NCBI GenBank assembly: GCA_964589635.1
Contig: CAZPRI010000003.1
Span: 1 to 49,337 of the forward strand
Length of the DNA stretch: 49,337 bases
Direction: 5' to 3'
From: an uncultured Candidatus Saccharibacteria bacterium
GTDB lineage: Bacteria > Patescibacteriota > Minisyncoccia > Phycocordibacterales > JAACPR01
Both the position numbers and the translations under genes were made by a program. Shown here one piece after another: positions 19,361 through 28,069 of the stretch (the first letter of the stretch is position 1; each line of letters starts with the position of its first letter). The notes beneath the pieces are model-generated. The model was given only the letters and a program-made list of their open reading frames with translations, was not told the DNA's origin and made no database searches.

Positions 19361-20351
19361 AGATTTCCTTTCCTCTTTCCCAATACCAATCATTACCTTG
19401 CAAATCCATGTAGTACCACCATTCAGCACCCCAGAGATATTGAGTTTTAAATCCTGTTTTTCGAGAAAATTCTAGAACATTATCAAACTTCTTTGGACTC
19501 ATTCTATGAATCTGAACATCCAAATCCTCTTCTACGACAGGCTTATCAAGCCATGGCTCAAGAGCTAGCTCAGCTATAATCGCCTCCTTTTCTCCATAAA
19601 TAGCATTCCAAATATTTCTTTTTGCAGAATAAAAACCTGGCATGACGAAACTTCTGAAATCTCCCATCCATTCATTCCATGCATAAACATACAAAGTATT
19701 GCCAAAAATATCCCCTCTTTTATATGCATTTCTCCATGTACTCAATTCCCCACTATCTGTTATTAAAATCTCTCTTGATGAATCAAGTTTTCGAACTAAT
19801 TCAATCTCTTTGTCTAGAAAATCAGCGTCGAAATCCTTGCAATGTTCTTTTGCAAAAATACCCAAGAAAGGTTCATTTTCAACCTGCCAAATCTTGATAT
19901 TTTTATTTTCTTTATATCTGCTTACAACAGTCTCAACATATTCTAATATTTCCTTCTCCTGAGCATCTTTATTTAGATCTTCTGCCCAATATGGGATATG
20001 ACACTCGGGCCATCTTGGAAGTCTTTTACCTACCGCAAGAATTATTTCTACATCATTTTGTGTAGCCTTATTAACTTGGTAATCCATTTCAGAGAAAGAA
20101 TATTCACCGTTTTCTGGCTCAACTAAATCCCAATGTGCAGCTAGTCTAATTTTTTTTACATTTAAATCATCTAGAATAGCATCATAGACATCTTTCCATT
20201 CAAGCCCTAGCTCTCTTGCATACAGTGTATTAAATGAAACTCCATAATCCACTTCTTCTGGAATATTCCTAAATGAAATAACGAAGTAAGCGACAAGAAT
20301 TATTGAGATCATAATTATAATTTTTTTAATTTTTTTGTTTACTCGAATCAT
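19350..20351 (-). CDS. Glycoside hydrolase, clan GH-A TIM barrel (GH5/GH42-like)
   Basis: The ORF has an N-terminal TM/signal segment, W.LVEPENGEY.F...D and the WQVENEP acid/base motif. Confidence 0.6.
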   Translation of the reverse strand: MIRVNKKIKKIIIMISIILVAYFVISFRNIPEEVDYGVSFNTLYARELGLEWKDVYDAILDDLNVKKIRLAAHWDLVEPENGEYSFSEMDYQVNKATQNDVEIILAVGKRLPRWPECHIPYWAEDLNKDAQEKEILEYVETVVSRYKENKNIKIWQVENEPFLGIFAKEHCKDFDADFLDKEIELVRKLDSSREILITDSGELSTWRNAYKRGDIFGNTLYVYAWNEWMGDFRSFVMPGFYSAKRNIWNAIYGEKEAIIAELALEPWLDKPVVEEDLDVQIHRMSPKKFDNVLEFSRKTGFKTQYLWGAEWWYYMDLQGNDWYWERGKEIFKK

Positions 20352-21284
20352 TTAAATAAATAATAATACAAATCCTAGTAAAATAAATAACATTGATATA
20401 GTCTTCTGAATAATATCTTTTTTACCAACATTTTCTCCTAAATCTCTATGTGTTTTTTTACCAAGGAATATAGCAAAAAGAAACAAGAAAAAATATTGTA
20501 GACCAGCTAGAGATTGGACCACAGCAACATCCCCTAAATCAATAGCTTTTGTAATTAGAAGTCCTCCTATACCTGCCAAAATTTTTCCAACAATGATTAG
20601 TTTATCTGTTTTTTTAACATTTGTAGATTTTCTATGACTAAACAACGATTTACGTATCGATTTTGAAAAAAGCATACATAAAGATATTAAAATTGCAGAA
20701 GTACTAAACCAAAAGAAACCATCATCAAAACCTGCATCTAGAAATAATCTCTTAAGAGAGAATGAGTGCAGAGCAAGAAGTAATGCAGCAGCCATTGTTA
20801 AATAAAAAGTATTTTTATGAAATCTAAAATGAGAAACAAAAAGTGTTCCAGAGATCAGAAGGATAAAACCAAAAAAGAATGTTGGCTTCAAAACCTGACC
20901 AAAGGCAAAATAACTAAAGAGCAAAACAAAGAAAGCTGAGATAGATCCAACAACTGGAAAAACATCCGAAGCGTCAGCTTTTACCAAAGATTTAAATAGA
21001 AAATAGAGCCCAGACAACATAAATCCTGCAGACAAAATGGCATGAATAGCAACGTAAAAATCAGGAACATTAACATTACTAAAACTAGGTATACCCTGAA
21101 TCCAATTACCTACCAACAAATCAAGAACGTATAAAGATAGTGAAAATATAACTAGAATCCCTGTATAAAAAACATAAAGGCTAGGCCTAGGGACTTGCTT
21201 CGAAGTCACAACAAATTTGTCGATCAGCGCTACGACTGAGTTAAATAATTGACCTATTACAGCTAACAATATCCAAATTTGCAT
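20352..21284 (-). CDS. EamA/DMT-like transporter
   Basis: The 310-aa ORF predicts about 10 TM helices. Confidence 0.5.
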   Translation of the reverse strand: MQIWILLAVIGQLFNSVVALIDKFVVTSKQVPRPSLYVFYTGILVIFSLSLYVLDLLVGNWIQGIPSFSNVNVPDFYVAIHAILSAGFMLSGLYFLFKSLVKADASDVFPVVGSISAFFVLLFSYFAFGQVLKPTFFFGFILLISGTLFVSHFRFHKNTFYLTMAAALLLALHSFSLKRLFLDAGFDDGFFWFSTSAILISLCMLFSKSIRKSLFSHRKSTNVKKTDKLIIVGKILAGIGGLLITKAIDLGDVAVVQSLAGLQYFFLFLFAIFLGKKTHRDLGENVGKKDIIQKTISMLFILLGFVLLFI

Positions 21285-21285
21285 A

Positions 21286-22458
21286 TTACGTTGTTACAGA
21301 ATTAGACTCGCAAATTTTCTTGTATTCATATGCGGAAGATCTTATTTTTCTTTCAAAAGTTTTTGGATCAACTTCAACAAGTCCGAACTTTTTTGAGTAT
21401 GCAAAAAGCCACTCATAATTATCAAGAAGCGACCAGTACATATAACCACGAACATCTACTCCATCTTCTATTGCCTTATTTATTGCAACAACTAAATCCT
21501 TTATATATTCAGCTCGGAAGTGATCTTTTTCATCAGCAATACCTGCCTCTGTAATATAAATTGGTTTATTGAATTTTTTAAGGTCTTTCAAAACATGAGT
21601 GATTCCTTCTGGATACAAGTCCCAACCCATATCACTTTTTACATATTTTTCTTTTCTTCCAAACTCCGTATGAAAGTAGTAATTCAAACCGATTGTATCA
21701 ATGTGATCTTTAACCTTATTCATAAAATATCTATTCCAAAAATAATCATTGAAAATTCTATTTACATACAAAAAAGGATTAAATCTTGAATACCTTGAAA
21801 CGTGCATGTACATATTATTTTTTACAATACCTACACTTGCGCTAGGGGTAGTTTCCTTTATCTCATTGTATGCGTGCTTATGAGATTTAATTAAATTTCT
21901 TATGACCTTTAAAAATACTCCTGTCTTGAAGAGTTCAAATGGTGGCCACTGTCCCCAGAGATATGCAAAAGTAGACCAGACAATTGGTTCATTCATTGTA
22001 GTCCAAATAATTCCCTCCTCATTCAGCTCATCAACAACATGCTTACAATATCTTGAAAAAAAAGCGGGGCTTTCCTTGGAAGCAAAACCTCCCCTATTTG
22101 CAAACCATAATGGCAAGGTGAAATGCCACAAAGTAATCAATGGAGTTAATCCTCTTTCCCTCATAGCTTTTATAACATTTTTGTAGTGTTCAATTTCTTT
22201 ATGATCAAACTTCCCTTCTTCAGGTTCAATTCGCGACCACTCAATCGAGATTCTATGAGAATTGTGCCCCAGAGACTTTGCAATATCAAAATCCTCTTTA
22301 TATCTATGATAATGATCGGTCGATTTACCTGCAGGCATAATTCGACCATCTTCTGCTGCTTTTGCCCAATCATTATTACTTATTCCTCCCTCAACCTGAT
22401 ATGAAGCAGACGCTGCGCCCCATAAAAAGCCATCTGGAAATTTAAAAACTCTTGTCAT
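21286..22458 (-). CDS. GH1 beta-glucosidase
   Basis: FPDGFLWGAASASYQVEG, TMNEP (acid/base) and YITEAG (nucleophile, a variant of ITENG) are present. The ATG at 22458 is preferred. Confidence 0.85.
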   Translation of the reverse strand: MTRVFKFPDGFLWGAASASYQVEGGISNNDWAKAAEDGRIMPAGKSTDHYHRYKEDFDIAKSLGHNSHRISIEWSRIEPEEGKFDHKEIEHYKNVIKAMRERGLTPLITLWHFTLPLWFANRGGFASKESPAFFSRYCKHVVDELNEEGIIWTTMNEPIVWSTFAYLWGQWPPFELFKTGVFLKVIRNLIKSHKHAYNEIKETTPSASVGIVKNNMYMHVSRYSRFNPFLYVNRIFNDYFWNRYFMNKVKDHIDTIGLNYYFHTEFGRKEKYVKSDMGWDLYPEGITHVLKDLKKFNKPIYITEAGIADEKDHFRAEYIKDLVVAINKAIEDGVDVRGYMYWSLLDNYEWLFAYSKKFGLVEVDPKTFERKIRSSAYEYKKICESNSVTT

Positions 22459-22511
22459 TGGATAAATTATACCACTCAATATCATTTTATTTTATGTTAG
22501 AATCTCTCAAC

Positions 22512-23177
22512 ATGAATGTGAGAATTTTTGGTAAGAATACAGAAGAAATAGAGAAAATTGTAAGAGAAAAATCTATTGAAAATTTAGATATGGTAATCAC
22601 CTATGGTGGAGATGGCACTTTTTTAATGGCAGAAAGTAAATTTCCTGAGGTGCCAAAACTTCTCCTCAGAGAAAATAATATCTGTAAACTCTGTGTAAAT
22701 GTAGACAAAGAAACTGCATTAGAGCAAATTAGAAAAGGTAGATATAGAATTGAAGAAACAAATAAGGTTGAAGCTGCCTTCAAGGACCAAGCATTAAATG
22801 CTACTAATGAAATTATTGTCCACAACGCAGACCCTCGACATGCTATTCGATACGAAGTTCAAATAAACAATAAGAGAATACATGATCATGATGTTATAGG
22901 AGATGGAATAGTTGTTTCTACTAAACTTGGAGCGACTGGTTACTACAGAAGCATTACTGATAGTATTTTCTATACAGGAATAGGTCTCGCTTTCAACAAC
23001 AGTACGGAAGCTTATGATCATATGGTTTTAGATGAAAACTCTGAAATAAAAATTATTATTAAAAGAGGTCCTGCACATGTTTATGCAGATAATCAAAAAG
23101 AATTCATAGAATTAACAGAGGGAGACGACATTATCATCAAAAAGTCAGATGAGGTTACAAGACTAGTAAGGTTTTAG
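22512..23177 (+). CDS. nadK: NAD kinase
   Basis: The GGDGTFL motif and DGIVVSTKLGATGYYRS are present. The ATG at 22512 is preferred. Confidence 0.8.
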   Translation: MNVRIFGKNTEEIEKIVREKSIENLDMVITYGGDGTFLMAESKFPEVPKLLLRENNICKLCVNVDKETALEQIRKGRYRIEETNKVEAAFKDQALNATNEIIVHNADPRHAIRYEVQINNKRIHDHDVIGDGIVVSTKLGATGYYRSITDSIFYTGIGLAFNNSTEAYDHMVLDENSEIKIIIKRGPAHVYADNQKEFIELTEGDDIIIKKSDEVTRLVRF

Positions 23178-23295
23178 TTTCCGTGTCGTCACATCAGATA
23201 ATCCCAACATTGGTTATGCCAGATTTTTCTGGAATCCTCGCCTTTTGAAAAATAACTAGTAACAAAAAACATAAAACCTGTTAATATAACCTCAT

Positions 23296-23366
23296 TGCCT
23301 GATCGTCTAATGGTAGGACTACGGTTTCTGGTACCGTCAATTGGGGTTCGAGTCCCTATCAGGCAG
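23296..23366 (+). tRNA. tRNA-Gln (CUG)
   Basis: Manual cloverleaf: acceptor TGCCTGA/TCAGGCA with U1-A72, a 3-bp D stem, anticodon arm ACGGT-TTCTGGT-ACCGT, and T arm TGGGG-TTCGAGT-CCCTA. CCA is not encoded. Confidence 0.9.
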
Positions 23367-23369
23367 CAT

Positions 23370-23417
23370 AAAGTAGTCAGGTCCGTAAGCGATTAAGCTT
23401 TCGGACCTTTCTACTTT
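23370..23417 (+). other. Hairpin directly after tRNA-Gln
   Basis: AAAGTAGTCAGGTCCG pairs with CGGACCTTTCTACTTT, giving 14 bp with a 2-nt internal mismatch. Confidence 0.6.
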
Positions 23418-23428
23418 AACTGATTAAG

Positions 23429-23555
23429 AGGACGAGAAAACCGGAGGCTCAGGGCCCCTGTATCCGTAACCTGTGGAAGATCTGGGATAGCCGAGTCGAG
23501 GTCGCGAAAATTTTGTTTGGCAAAATTATTTGTGACCGAGTCCCTATCAGGCAGC
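23429..23555 (+). other. tRNA-linked conserved non-coding element, copy A, ending in a 19-nt copy of the tRNA-Gln 3' end
   Basis: 23429-23537 is about 90 percent identical to the reverse complement of 33831-33938. 23537-23555 is identical to 23349-23367. It contains a bulged hairpin at 23500-23537. Confidence 0.8.
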
Positions 23556-23616
23556 CACGTAAAAAACATAACAAAAAAGCAGGTATACTAACCTGCTTTT
23601 TTGTTATGTTCACGTG
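23556..23616. terminator. Very long perfect hairpin, terminator-like and bidirectional
   Basis: AACATAACAAAAAAGCAGGT-ATACTA-ACCTGCTTTTTTGTTATGTT is a 20-bp stem, extended by CACGT/ACGTG. Confidence 0.7.
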
Positions 23617-23764
23617 GCGCAGCCGGGTGAACAATTTCCCGTTAGGAAATAGTTTTTACGTGGTCGCGTGAGACGACTGAAAGGAAGATTATACGCGACT
23701 GATTCTCATAAAAATTTTAACTTTTCTTTACAACTCATTGAGAACTTTTAGTTAATCTTTCAAT

Positions 23765-24022
23765 ATGTTTTATGTTTATCTTTTAGATCATATACAAGAC
23801 AAAACTTGGTATATAGGATACACCACAAATCTGGAAAGAAGACTTAGCGAACATCAAAATGGTGGTGGTTCGAGAACAACAAGCCTTAAAAAAGGAAACT
23901 ATAAACTCATATACTACGAAGCTTATTTGAATAAGCAAGATGCAACAAGCAGAGAGAAATATCTCAAAAGTGGCTCAGGAAGAAAATATATTAAAAAACA
24001 ACTAAGGAATTATTTATCCTGA
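23765..24022 (+). CDS. GIY-YIG nuclease superfamily protein (UPF0213-like, 85 aa)
   Basis: FYVYLL......WYIGYTTNLERRLSEHQNG is the GIY-YIG signature. Confidence 0.8.
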   Translation: MFYVYLLDHIQDKTWYIGYTTNLERRLSEHQNGGGSRTTSLKKGNYKLIYYEAYLNKQDATSREKYLKSGSGRKYIKKQLRNYLS

Positions 24023-24071
24023 CTCGTCTTAAACGATAGAGCTTTTTGTATAAAATGCTAAAATTTATCTG

Positions 24072-24314
24072 ATGAATAAACAAAAAGGCCTTTCAACTTT
24101 ATGGAGAATTATTATTTTATTAGTTATTGGTGTTGGTGATTATTATTTTACTAATAAAAATACTGAAAGTATTCCCATAAATGAAAATAATAATCCTCTT
24201 GAAGACACAAACAACACCACTAAGACATCTCTACAAAATCTACAGAATGAAAATAATTATAAATTAGTTCCAAAAGAGTCACAGAAAATAATAGAAAGTT
24301 ATGATGACGATTGA
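24072..24314 (+). CDS. Small membrane-anchored hypothetical protein
   Basis: The 80-aa ORF has one TM helix and an Asn-rich tail. Confidence 0.4.
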   Translation: MNKQKGLSTLWRIIILLVIGVGDYYFTNKNTESIPINENNNPLEDTNNTTKTSLQNLQNENNYKLVPKESQKIIESYDDD

Positions 24315-24327
24315 CAAAAATATTTTT

Positions 24328-24408
24328 TGGCGCACAGGATGTTTTTATGAGAAAGAGGGAGCCTTCACTGGAGAAATATCAAATGAAATGGTTCACCTGC
24401 CACCGAAA
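24328..24408 (+). pseudogene. tpiA: Relic fragment of triosephosphate isomerase
   Basis: The frame reads WRTGCFYEKEGAFTGEISNEM. GAFTGEIS preceded by (N)xFYExx matches the conserved TIM segment AQNvfyE..GAFTGEIS. It has no start and runs into a stop after about 27 codons. Confidence 0.5.
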
Positions 24409-24622
24409 TAGAGGTTAATGACTCCACCGATTTACCTACAACATATCTTCTTGTGTACGAAAATGATACAACCTACATTATCCATTACTTTAAAGGTAAT
24501 GATAAAACCTATATCACGAAAGAATGCTTTCGACACTTTTTTTCAATTAATTTATTGATTCTGATTAATATTGAATCACCAGATATGTTTTAACTTCATC
24601 CAATGAGTAAGGTTCCTAGGCT

Positions 24623-24829
24623 TTGGAATCTAAAGACGCTGCAAGAATTAGCGAAGCGGCTCTAAAAATTGCAGAAGCTGGTACTACCATGAGTGCAGAA
24701 CAAGGAAAGATGGAAACAGAAATAAATGACTGGTTCTCAGTACACATTAATGAACCCATGCTTGAAGTAGAAGATAGACTAGAAGCAATACTAAGCGTAT
24801 GTTCTGAAGCTGAAAAGGCACTTAAATAG
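24623..24829 (+). CDS. Doubtful small ORF in a decayed region
   Basis: The ORF track gives 68 aa with a non-ATG start. There is no SD and no recognised motif. Confidence 0.2.
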   Translation: MESKDAARISEAALKIAEAGTTMSAEQGKMETEINDWFSVHINEPMLEVEDRLEAILSVCSEAEKALK

Positions 24830-24925
24830 TGCAACGCTAGAATACGTGAAGTTCAAAGACTAAATTTGACAGATTAAGTAATATAGTATATAAATATAAA
24901 ACTGTTCCTCAACAAAAAAGACTAA

Positions 24926-25087
24926 ATGGGAAGAAAAAAGAAGTCTAAAAAAAGTCCTCCACTATTAATGAAAGATATATCGGAATATGACCCACATGAT
25001 CAGTTTCTGATCAGGGAGATACTCCGGCCGATGCAAACAGAGTTATTGGCAAAGTATATCGAATCTTTTCAATGTAAGGTGAAATGA
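24926..25087 (+). CDS. Small basic ORF (53 aa), below the ORF-track cutoff
   Basis: From an ATG it reads MGRKKKSKKSPPLLMKDISEYDPHDQFLIREILRPMQTELLAKYIESFQCKVK, followed 5 nt later by a strong terminator. The SD is weak. Confidence 0.35.
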   Translation: MGRKKKSKKSPPLLMKDISEYDPHDQFLIREILRPMQTELLAKYIESFQCKVK

Positions 25088-25091
25088 CTTT

Positions 25092-25121
25092 GTGCCCCGT
25101 CCGAAGGACGGGGCACTTTTT
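25092..25121 (+). terminator. Rho-independent terminator (GAAG loop)
   Basis: GTGCCCCGTCC-GAA-GGACGGGGCAC followed by TTTTT. Confidence 0.85.
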
Positions 25122-25218
25122 ATAATAAAAATCTAGTCCAATCAATCATTCTACAATCAATAAAACAATATTACTTCTTTAAAAGAAATTTATTTCTCCA
25201 TGGTATACTCCTTGTATA

Positions 25219-26895
25219 ATGACACAAAAAGAAGCCTTAAAAGTACTAAAAATGGGTAAAAATGTCTTTCTGACTGGGGCCGCTGGTTCTGGTAAGACTC
25301 ACCTACTGAATCAATATATCGACTTTTTAAAAGAAAGAGGTGTTGAAGTTGCTGTGACTGCTTCAACAGGAATAGCAGCAACACACATTAAAGGTCTTAC
25401 AATCCACTCTTGGTCAGGAATTGGTATCAAAGACACTCTAACAGACTACGACCTAGATTTTCTCGAACAAAAACAATATCTATACAAAAGATATGAAAAA
25501 ACAAAAGTTTTGATAATCGATGAGATTTCAATGTTGAGTTCATCAGTTTTGGACTCAATCAACAAGGTTGCAAAGATGTTCAAGAGAAATAATTTACCTT
25601 TCGGAGGGATGCAGGTTATATTTTCTGGCGACTTTTTCCAACTCCCCCCTATCCAAAGATATAACCCTGAGACCATGTCATCAAACCAGGCTGCTCCAAA
25701 AATACCTTTTGCATTTAATTCAGACGCATGGGCAAATTCCGATTTACATGTTTGCTATTTGTCTGAACAATTTAGACAGACTGATAATAAACTTCTAGAT
25801 ATATTAAATTCCATACGGGATCAAATTCAGACCGATGAAATAAACAAAACTCTCTCTGATAGGATTATTCCAATCGAGGATGATGAAATCACAAAGCTTT
25901 TTACGCACAATGCGAATGTAGATACATACAATCAAGGAAAATTGGACTCTATTGATATACCAGGGAAAACATACAAAATGTCATCAAAAGGAAAAAGTAA
26001 TTTGGTCGAAACATTGAAAAAGGGATGTCTTGTACCGGAAAATCTCGTCCTAAAAAAAGGAGCACTTGTTATGTTTGTAAAAAATAATCCAGCTGCAGGA
26101 TATATAAACGGTACTGTTGGGAGAATTATAGATTTTGATGATAGTTTCCCTGTTGTTGAAACAAAGAACGGAGAAAAATTCACCGCACTCCCCCAGTCTT
26201 GGTCCGTAGAGGAGGGTCAGAAAATTTTAGCTGAGATCACACAGGTTCCATTAAAACTAGCATGGGCCGTAACAATTCATAAAAGCCAAGGGATGACGTT
26301 AGATCGAGCGTATATTGATTTATCAAACTCCTTTGTAGAAGGACAAGGCTACGTTGCACTATCTAGAATTCAAACTCTAGACGGGCTATTCTTAAAGGGC
26401 TTTAATGCAAAATCACTAACAATTCACAATGATGTAAAAACCAGAGATGATGATTTCAGAAATATTTCTGATGAAATTTTTGAGAAGACAAAAAAAATAA
26501 CAGAGAAGGATTTTGAAAAAGAACATAAGGCATTTTTGGAAAAAATTGATGCAAAAAAATTTAAGGTCTCTGATCCTGAAGGGAATAAATTAAGCACATT
26601 TCAAATAACAAAGAATTTTCTAAAGGATAAAAAGAGTCTGGATAGTATTGCCTCAGAAAGAAAATTAACAGTTGGTACAATATTAAGTCATATAGAAAAA
26701 CTACTTGAAGAAAAAGCTATCAAGAAAGAAGACTTCGTGTACCTAAAACCTTCTACAAAAGAATTCAAAGAAATGTATAATGAGATATCAGAAAAGATTG
26801 AAGAAAAAGAGGACAAGAAACTTACACCAATCTTTCAATCACTTAATGGAAAATATACCTACGAAGATATTAGATTTATAAAAATATTTTTATAA
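25219..26895 (+). CDS. PIF1/RecD-like SF1 DNA helicase
   Basis: Walker A is GAAGSGKT and Walker B is IIDEISM. GDFFQLPPI and HKSQGMT..A.IDLS are also present, with an additional C-terminal domain of about 150 aa. Confidence 0.85.
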   Translation: MTQKEALKVLKMGKNVFLTGAAGSGKTHLLNQYIDFLKERGVEVAVTASTGIAATHIKGLTIHSWSGIGIKDTLTDYDLDFLEQKQYLYKRYEKTKVLIIDEISMLSSSVLDSINKVAKMFKRNNLPFGGMQVIFSGDFFQLPPIQRYNPETMSSNQAAPKIPFAFNSDAWANSDLHVCYLSEQFRQTDNKLLDILNSIRDQIQTDEINKTLSDRIIPIEDDEITKLFTHNANVDTYNQGKLDSIDIPGKTYKMSSKGKSNLVETLKKGCLVPENLVLKKGALVMFVKNNPAAGYINGTVGRIIDFDDSFPVVETKNGEKFTALPQSWSVEEGQKILAEITQVPLKLAWAVTIHKSQGMTLDRAYIDLSNSFVEGQGYVALSRIQTLDGLFLKGFNAKSLTIHNDVKTRDDDFRNISDEIFEKTKKITEKDFEKEHKAFLEKIDAKKFKVSDPEGNKLSTFQITKNFLKDKKSLDSIASERKLTVGTILSHIEKLLEEKAIKKEDFVYLKPSTKEFKEMYNEISEKIEEKEDKKLTPIFQSLNGKYTYEDIRFIKIFL

Positions 26896-26896
26896 A

Positions 26897-27103
26897 CTAA
26901 AGCCCAAGAGAGCTAATGTCAGTATAACTACTTAAAAAGCTTGGAATCACAAACATCATTCCAATTAATGGTAGAAGAAATCCTATTACAGAGACAACTA
27001 TTATTATGAGGAAATATTTTCGTGTCTTCTCTACTGATACATATATTTCATCAATTTTTTTTGATTGTTCTTCTATTTTATCTAATATTTCTTGTTCATT
27101 CAT
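26897..27103 (-). CDS. Small membrane protein (68 aa)
   Basis: The ORF has one or two TM helices and is tightly packed upstream of ftsX. Confidence 0.45.
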   Translation of the reverse strand: MNEQEILDKIEEQSKKIDEIYVSVEKTRKYFLIIIVVSVIGFLLPLIGMMFVIPSFLSSYTDISSLGL

Positions 27104-27115
27104 AATATGTACATA

Positions 27116-28051
27116 TTAACCCTTTCTTTGCTCTCGTAAGTATTTTTTAATAGCGAAGAAACTTGAAATTGAACCAATCAAAATACTTGAGAAGAATATA
27201 ATCAGGAATATTTCACCAAATGATTTTAGGTAATATTCGAATACGCTCAAGCCACCAAAGAATGATGCTGTTGTCGGCCCTATCCAATAGGTTATTGGGT
27301 AAAGTAGAACTAAAGTAATAATTGATGCTGTAATTCCATACATAATTCCTGTGATAATAAATGGTCCAGAAATATATGAACCTGAGGCCCCAACTAATCT
27401 CATAACTTTAATTTCATTTCTAGAAATATGCATTGATAATCTAATAGTATTGAATGTGATCAGAATTGATATAAGAATAAACAGTGCAGTAATGAATGTT
27501 CCAAGGTTTTCTCCTGAATCAATTATTTCAGTCAATTTATCAATGATTTCTTTATTTTGATTGAAGTTAACATTGTCGACGATAGATTCTGGAAGATCTA
27601 CTGGGTAATTTTGTTCAAGAAATATTGAAACACTTTCATATTGAGAAGTCTCTTTTGTCTTAATGTTTAAAATAGCTCCCAGTGGGTTTTCTTCTAGTTC
27701 ATCCAACGCTTCAAGTATTTCCTCATTGTTTCTGTAGTTAAATTCAAAATCTTCCAGGGCTTGCTCTCTTGAGACATACTGAACAAAATCAACTTCAGGA
27801 AGATTTTCTATTTGCTTTTGAACTTCAAGAACAGCGTTCTCGCTAGCCTCTGGAAGAAAATATACATTTACATCAACTTTATCCTTTATATCACTTAAAG
27901 TGTTTTTCAGTAGTGCTCCAGAAAGAACAATTGTAGACAATACAAAAAGCGTAATTGTCATAATTAAAACAGCAGATAAGGTTACGAAACCATTTCTAAA
28001 AAAGTTTACGAAACCAGTCCTTGAAATTCTTTTTACATTAAGCCAAAACAT
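27116..28051 (-). CDS. ftsX: Cell division permease-like protein FtsX
   Basis: The ORF has 4-TM FtsX topology with a large first periplasmic loop and lies downstream of ftsE. Confidence 0.85.
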   Translation of the reverse strand: MFWLNVKRISRTGFVNFFRNGFVTLSAVLIMTITLFVLSTIVLSGALLKNTLSDIKDKVDVNVYFLPEASENAVLEVQKQIENLPEVDFVQYVSREQALEDFEFNYRNNEEILEALDELEENPLGAILNIKTKETSQYESVSIFLEQNYPVDLPESIVDNVNFNQNKEIIDKLTEIIDSGENLGTFITALFILISILITFNTIRLSMHISRNEIKVMRLVGASGSYISGPFIITGIMYGITASIITLVLLYPITYWIGPTTASFFGGLSVFEYYLKSFGEIFLIIFFSSILIGSISSFFAIKKYLREQRKG

Positions 28052-28069
28052 ATTTATTTACTATTTTAA

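Noticed and set aside
23296-23366. Introns or split arrangement in the tRNA genes as an explanation for the nearby partial copies
   Set aside because: All four tRNAs fold as complete, uninterrupted cloverleaves, so the partial copies are additional rather than missing halves.
23421-23445. Hammerhead-like CUGAUUAAGAGG...GAAA string at the start of element copy A
   Set aside because: The CUGA motif is not conserved in copy B (CAGCGAACAGGG..), and the remaining core and helices cannot be drawn.
23449-23634. 61-aa minus-strand ORF
   Set aside because: It lies antisense across the conserved tRNA-linked element and the long terminator hairpin. It has no SD and the frame is not conserved in the second element copy.
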